64,000 nt of DNA from contig NC_079172.1 of assembly GCF_947568905.1 (NCBI RefSeq), forward strand, positions 62,868,001-62,932,000, read 5' to 3'. Shown here piece after piece: positions 59,148-64,000 of the stretch. Below the pieces are notes generated by a model. It was not told the origin of the DNA. It saw only the letters and a list, made by a program, of their open reading frames with translations, and ran no database searches. Position 1 is the stretch's first letter, and every line of letters begins with the position of its first letter. Origin of the DNA: Ostrea edulis (Eukaryota). The translations under genes were made by a program, and so were the position numbers.

Positions 59148-62100
59148 ATGAGATTGAAAACTTCATTACAGAAGGAGGCTAAACATATCCTTTATGAGCA
59201 TTGGTACAAATGAAGAATAATAAGGAAGTTAATGGAGGTTTCTGTCACACAAAGAATCAGGACAGCACTCTGTAGTTATTATCAGATTATGTTGTCGATC
59301 GCACTTTTATTAAAAACTGGGCTACTATTTAATATTTCAGTATTTGTAATGCAGTCGGTCGTTTGTGATCTGATGATGAAGGGGCCCTTATTCGGAAATT
59401 ATCGATTCTATTCTCTGTATTTGTTACAAAGTATTCCTGTACAGAGTCTACTTTCATCAATTCATGCAATTATCCCCACTGATTTGGTTTGTATATATTT
59501 TCATGATTTTGTTATTGCAGTTTTGTATTTATTATTGAGACAAATTCCTTAACTCAGAACACATTCAGAACTGGTTAGCTGTGTCGGCTGGACCACACCA
59601 GAAGAATGTTACTCCGGAGCAGACGACCATCTGGTCCTTAAGTGGAATCTGAATTCTAATGAGACAACTACACTAGTCAAACTACCAGATGATGTGTTCC
59701 CCACAGACATGCACTGGTTTCCCAAATCTGCTGTCGGGGGCGGGGCAGGAAAAAAGGGATCAGACCTCTTTGTTCTCACATCAACAGATGGTACAGTCCA
59801 TATTTCTGACGCTACGGCTTTGTTTACACAGTCATATATATGCCTTAAATTTTTGTTGCTGAGAAGACCCAAGCTTTCTGTTTAGCCAGTGATTACCAAT
59901 GTATGCCAGACTTTTCAGTAATCTGATTAAAGTTAGACTTGTAATTAGGAATCTCCACTCCTGTACAACATGCTACAATGCAATACAGTTGTAGCATATT
60001 GTAGACGAGATGAATTACACTTCCAATACAATGACTAAGACATACAGGACTATTAAAGTATTAATAGAATAGTACGAGTGTGGGATAGGGAAATTCCACC
60101 GAGGGGACAAGATTCGCAGTCAAGGGCAAGGCTTTGCCTAGACAGCGAATCTTGTTCCAGAGGTGGAATTTTCCAATCCCACGCGAGTAAATAATAAAGG
60201 ATTATTTTTCTCACATTTTACCAACAGTTTAGTGCATAAATTCAAGAGCATCAAGAGAATTCAAAATTATTGAAATCTTGCATTTCAAATTAAATGGAAA
60301 AACAGCCAGAAAGAGCATATCCGAAAATGTTTTACACTAAATGCATGGGTAAACTAAAAAACCCAAGGCTGTCCACCTGAAAGCTATATCAAAATGAAAT
60401 TCTAAAAAAACAATAAAAATATTTTCTTCACTGTGTAACATAAATCATAGAAAATATATGACGTCGCAGCAGTGTGAGACAAAAAAAAAATCTCATATGG
60501 CTGTCTCCCATGGGTAATTCAGTTTCACACTGGTGATAATGTGCGAAATTTTGATATATCATTTTACACAAGGAAGACTTCTTTAGACCATATATATTTT
60601 CCAGTCGGACCTAGTGTGAATTTATTTTTCTTCTGGATTACTACTGTTATTCTCAAACGTCGTTTTTCTTATGATTAAATATCATCTATACGTGCAGGAA
60701 TACTTCTAGAAATATATACCTCATGTTTTATTATTTAATATTTTTCTTGACAGGAAAGTTACATTTGATTAGCAAGTCCGGGAGAGTAGAGAAGAGCATA
60801 GATGCCCACAAGGGGGCAGTTCTGTCTGGTCGCTGGAGCTGGGACGGCTCAGCTCTGGTTACTGGTTAGTATATACAAAACATCCAGGATGAATATTCCA
60901 AACCCCAACAATTTCAAATCAGAAAAACTTTTATTTTGATAGAGAAATTATTCAAATATGATTTATTTAGAGTAATGTATTATGTTAGAATAATGACTAG
61001 TGATGTGTTATATTTTGTGCACACAGTGTTTAAAATTATACAAATTATTTAATAGCTATTTGCTTTATTTTAAACTTTGGATATATCGAAAATAATAGGT
61101 GGTCAGTTGAATTTCAGTTCAGTGAAGTAGACTGATGACATATTTAAATGAATGCATTCAGAATTATTTACTGTAAATTTGGAGATAAGTAGGAATAAAT
61201 GGTTTGATGTGAATCTGAAATGATACTTAATCATTTTTCAATTCATCTGAGTCAAAATTTGCGATCATACAATGGGCCATTGTTTGATGTGTGATTTGTT
61301 TTTTCTTTTCTTGATTAGCGGGTGAAGATGGACAAGTGAAAATCTGGTCCAGGAGTGGAATGTTGAGGTCTACATTGACACAAAACAGTAAGTGGATTTT
61401 GTTTCATTCAATTAATAGAAGAGATAGATTTATACATATGTACATCCTTGTAGTAAACAATGCATACCATTAAGCTGAGGTGTTGTGATGTGATTAAGCT
61501 GAGGTGTTGGGATGTGATTAAGCTGAGGTGTTGTGATGTGATTAAGCTGAGGTGTTGTGATGTGATTAAGCTGAGGTGTTGTGATGTGATTAAGCTGAGG
61601 TGTTGTGATGTGATGAAGCTGAGGTGTTGTGATGTGATGAAGCTGAGGTGTTGTGATGTGATTAAGCTGAGGTGTTGTCATGTAACCCGTTCATTTATTC
61701 TTTGTAGGTAACACAGTGTACGGAGTGGCATGGGGCCCAGATTCAGACCAGGTTTTGTTTACAAATGGCAGACAACTAGTAATCAAATCACTCCAGGCTA
61801 ACGCCAAACCCACCATGGTAAGTTCATTAAATCACTCCAGTCTATAATGCCAAATGGTAAGTTCACTAGCTGGTTAGTATATCAGCACATAGTAATCACA
61901 ATTAGTTGTATTCAATGCCCCCCAAAAATGGATATAAAAGAAAAGTGAAATAAAAAAAAAATATGTACATGTGTATTGAATTTGGTTATCAGACTTTGGA
62001 GTTTGATCAAATTCTTTTCTAGAGGTACGGTTTATTTCCCGTTGATTTTGGTAACAGAATTAAATAATTTTTTTTTCAGTGGAAAGCTCATGATGGTGTG

Positions 62101-63784
62101 ATATTGAACGTGGATTGGAACCCAGTAAATAATCTCATTCTGTCTGGGGGAGAGGATTGTCGTTACAAGGTTTGTCACAGTACAGTGAAACACACATTAT
62201 ACATTAGCTGCAATAATGTAGCCCTATCCAATTTTTTTTATTCTGACGTTTTCGGGATAGGGCTACAATTCCATAGGATCTCCGTAATGGTGCAAAATAA
62301 TTTTATGAATAACCGATAATAAAATCTGTGTATTAGTTCCAAATGTTGTTTACACCAAAAGGAGTACCAACTTTGTGCTCGGGCATGTCAAATAAAGGTG
62401 TTTTTCATTAAATATAATGTACAGCATGCAAAATTCCTCGTCTGCTCCGCCATGCTTGTTATCGCGAGATCTCGTAGGTGGATCTAATGAAAAACCTAAA
62501 TGTTGACAATCGGCGCGAAAATGTAGTTACTCGAGCCACTTCGACAAAGAAAGGAAAATCATATTGTTGCAGAAAGAATTTACACTCTGCTGTTCGGTTT
62601 TTAACTTGATATTAAATTCAAACCTTTTCAATACCGACGAAATAGCTTTCGCCTCCATACTTGTCCATTGATGTAACTACTACCTTATATGGCATATGCA
62701 AATGACTTGACAATCGGAAGTTGAAACTTCAGTACATCAAACATGGCGCACAAATATGAATCGAGAAATTTATCGAAATTGTTGAAAACGGTAGAATAGA
62801 GCCTCACAAATCTTAAGTTGCAGGTTGTAAACTTATATATTGACTAAGAAACATAGAATATCATTTTATTTACGTAAAGAAAGTCAGGAAATGTTTAGAA
62901 TGAGCGCAAATGTTGCGGGAGTGAATCACTCCTGCATTTGCACCTTTACGAGATCCTAAGGAGTTGTAGCCCTCTCCCTAAAAAAAAAAAAAAATCAGAG
63001 AGGGCTACATTATTGCAGCTAATTATACATAGTCAAACATGGATATAGAAAACCTCCAGAGCCAGTGAAAAACAATGCCTTATAACCAAACTTCATTATA
63101 CAGTAAAACACTGTTTTAACAAACCTCCAGGGCCAGCGAAAAACAGTTCATTATAACTGAACTTCATTATACAGTAAAACACTGTTTAAGTAAACCTCCA
63201 GTGCCATTTCCTTATATCCATTAAGGTCCTCATAGGGGAATAAATATCGCTTCACAATTGGGGAGAATTCGTTATAAGCATGTTCATTTTCAGCGTGTTT
63301 TACTGTAATGCCTATCATTTTAGATACCATCAATGCTACATGTACATGTATATTGATCAATCTAGAAGAGTGGTGGTCTAGAAAGACATTTCTTTAAGAC
63401 AGGGTCATTTGTGAAATGATGGGAACAGTACAGAAGAATTCCTAAACTTCTATTTATATACTTCATTTAAATATGTGCAGTAACTACATACACTTGCTCT
63501 TATTGATACATTTCAACTATTGTATTTAAATCTTCTTAGAAGAAATATCACAGAAATTATTCAAAGGTAAAATTCAATATTCAAAATAAAAGTCACATCG
63601 CTATATTTTGGCCATACTTGATGACTTTTTTCTTTTTGTAATAAAGGTATGGGACACGTATGGTCGCATTATGTACAGCAGTTCTGTCCATGATTACCCC
63701 ATCACCTCTGTGGCATGGACACCGAACGGTGAACTGTTTGCTGTCGGCTCATTCAACACGCTCCGACTCTGCGATCAAGCTGGG
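59148..63784 (+). CDS. IFT80: Intraflagellar transport protein 80 (WD40), 5' part; gene continues beyond the window
   Basis: join(59148-59184,59563-59790,60754-60864,61319-61387,61708-61817,62080-62169,63647-63784...). [58 protein letters not shown] and [15 protein letters not shown] match recalled IFT80. Confidence 0.95.
59185..59562 (+). other. U12-type (minor spliceosome) AT-AC intron
   Basis: 5' ATATCCTTT, branch site TTCCTTAAC at 59545-53, 3' AC at 59561-62. Splicing restores the His codon C|AT in frame. Confidence 0.93.
61468..61681. repeat. 24-bp minisatellite x9
   Basis: GTGATTAAGCTGAGGTGTTGTGAT. Explains ORFs 61430-61711. Confidence 0.95.
62205..63021. mobile_element. 817-bp non-autonomous DNA transposon with a 9-bp TSD
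   Basis: TIR TAGCTGCAATAATGTAGCCCT / AGGGCTACATTATTGCAGCTA. TSD ATTATACAT at 62196-204 and 63022-30. Confidence 0.8.
63060..63306. mobile_element. TA-flanked MITE-like element with a tandemly duplicated left end
   Basis: TACAGTAAAACAC (twice) ... GTGTTTACTGTA. A related element lies at ~22177-22345. Confidence 0.5.
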
Positions 63785-64000
63785 GTAAGCACTGGACCTC
63801 CGGTTCTACATGAAACATTTCAATTTCTGAAATGGTGCCAAACAGTAAAATCCGAGAAGAAATAATAAGTGTCTTTATTTTGAATAATATCGGTACTTCT
63901 CGGATGTCTTAGGGAGTATTGATTGTAGCTTGTTTTTAATTACTTCAGTGGTCCTATTCCCTTGAGAAACCCAACACAGGTAGCTTATTCAAGCTGGCCT

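Noticed and set aside
59232-59552. 106-aa hydrophobic ORF
   Set aside because: Wholly inside the AT-rich U12 intron, with no recognisable motifs.

Overview
Eukaryotic, AT-rich, intron-rich genomic DNA. The ~166-bp HindIII/Cg170-type satellite carried in a Helentron-like element suggests an oyster (Ostreidae; inference). Five protein-coding genes were reconstructed by hand from splice sites and reading frame. (1) CCDC186-like, + strand, 17 coding exons 5298-29420, ~1200 aa, plus a non-coding 5' exon at 200-272. (2) A two-exon CARD/Pro-rich/coiled-coil protein, +, 36257-37757. (3) An intronless PKDCC/VLK-like secretory kinase, -, 39141-40277. (4) CXorf58-like, -, 46238-54856. (5) The 5' part of IFT80, +, from 59148, whose first intron is a U12-type AT-AC intron. 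CXorf58-like and IFT80 are head-to-head. Introns are full of minisatellites, MITEs, Helentron remnants, a 5'-truncated RTE LINE and a Penelope-like fragment. The most striking unexplained pattern: at least 9 of roughly 33 splice donors have been tandemly amplified together with the exon 3' end, always running downstream in the direction of transcription and on both strands. One array gives 12 extra in-frame, stop-free donors. An analogous array amplifies AATAAA after the CCDC186 stop codon. No database searches were run; gene names rest on recalled similarity to vertebrate proteins.
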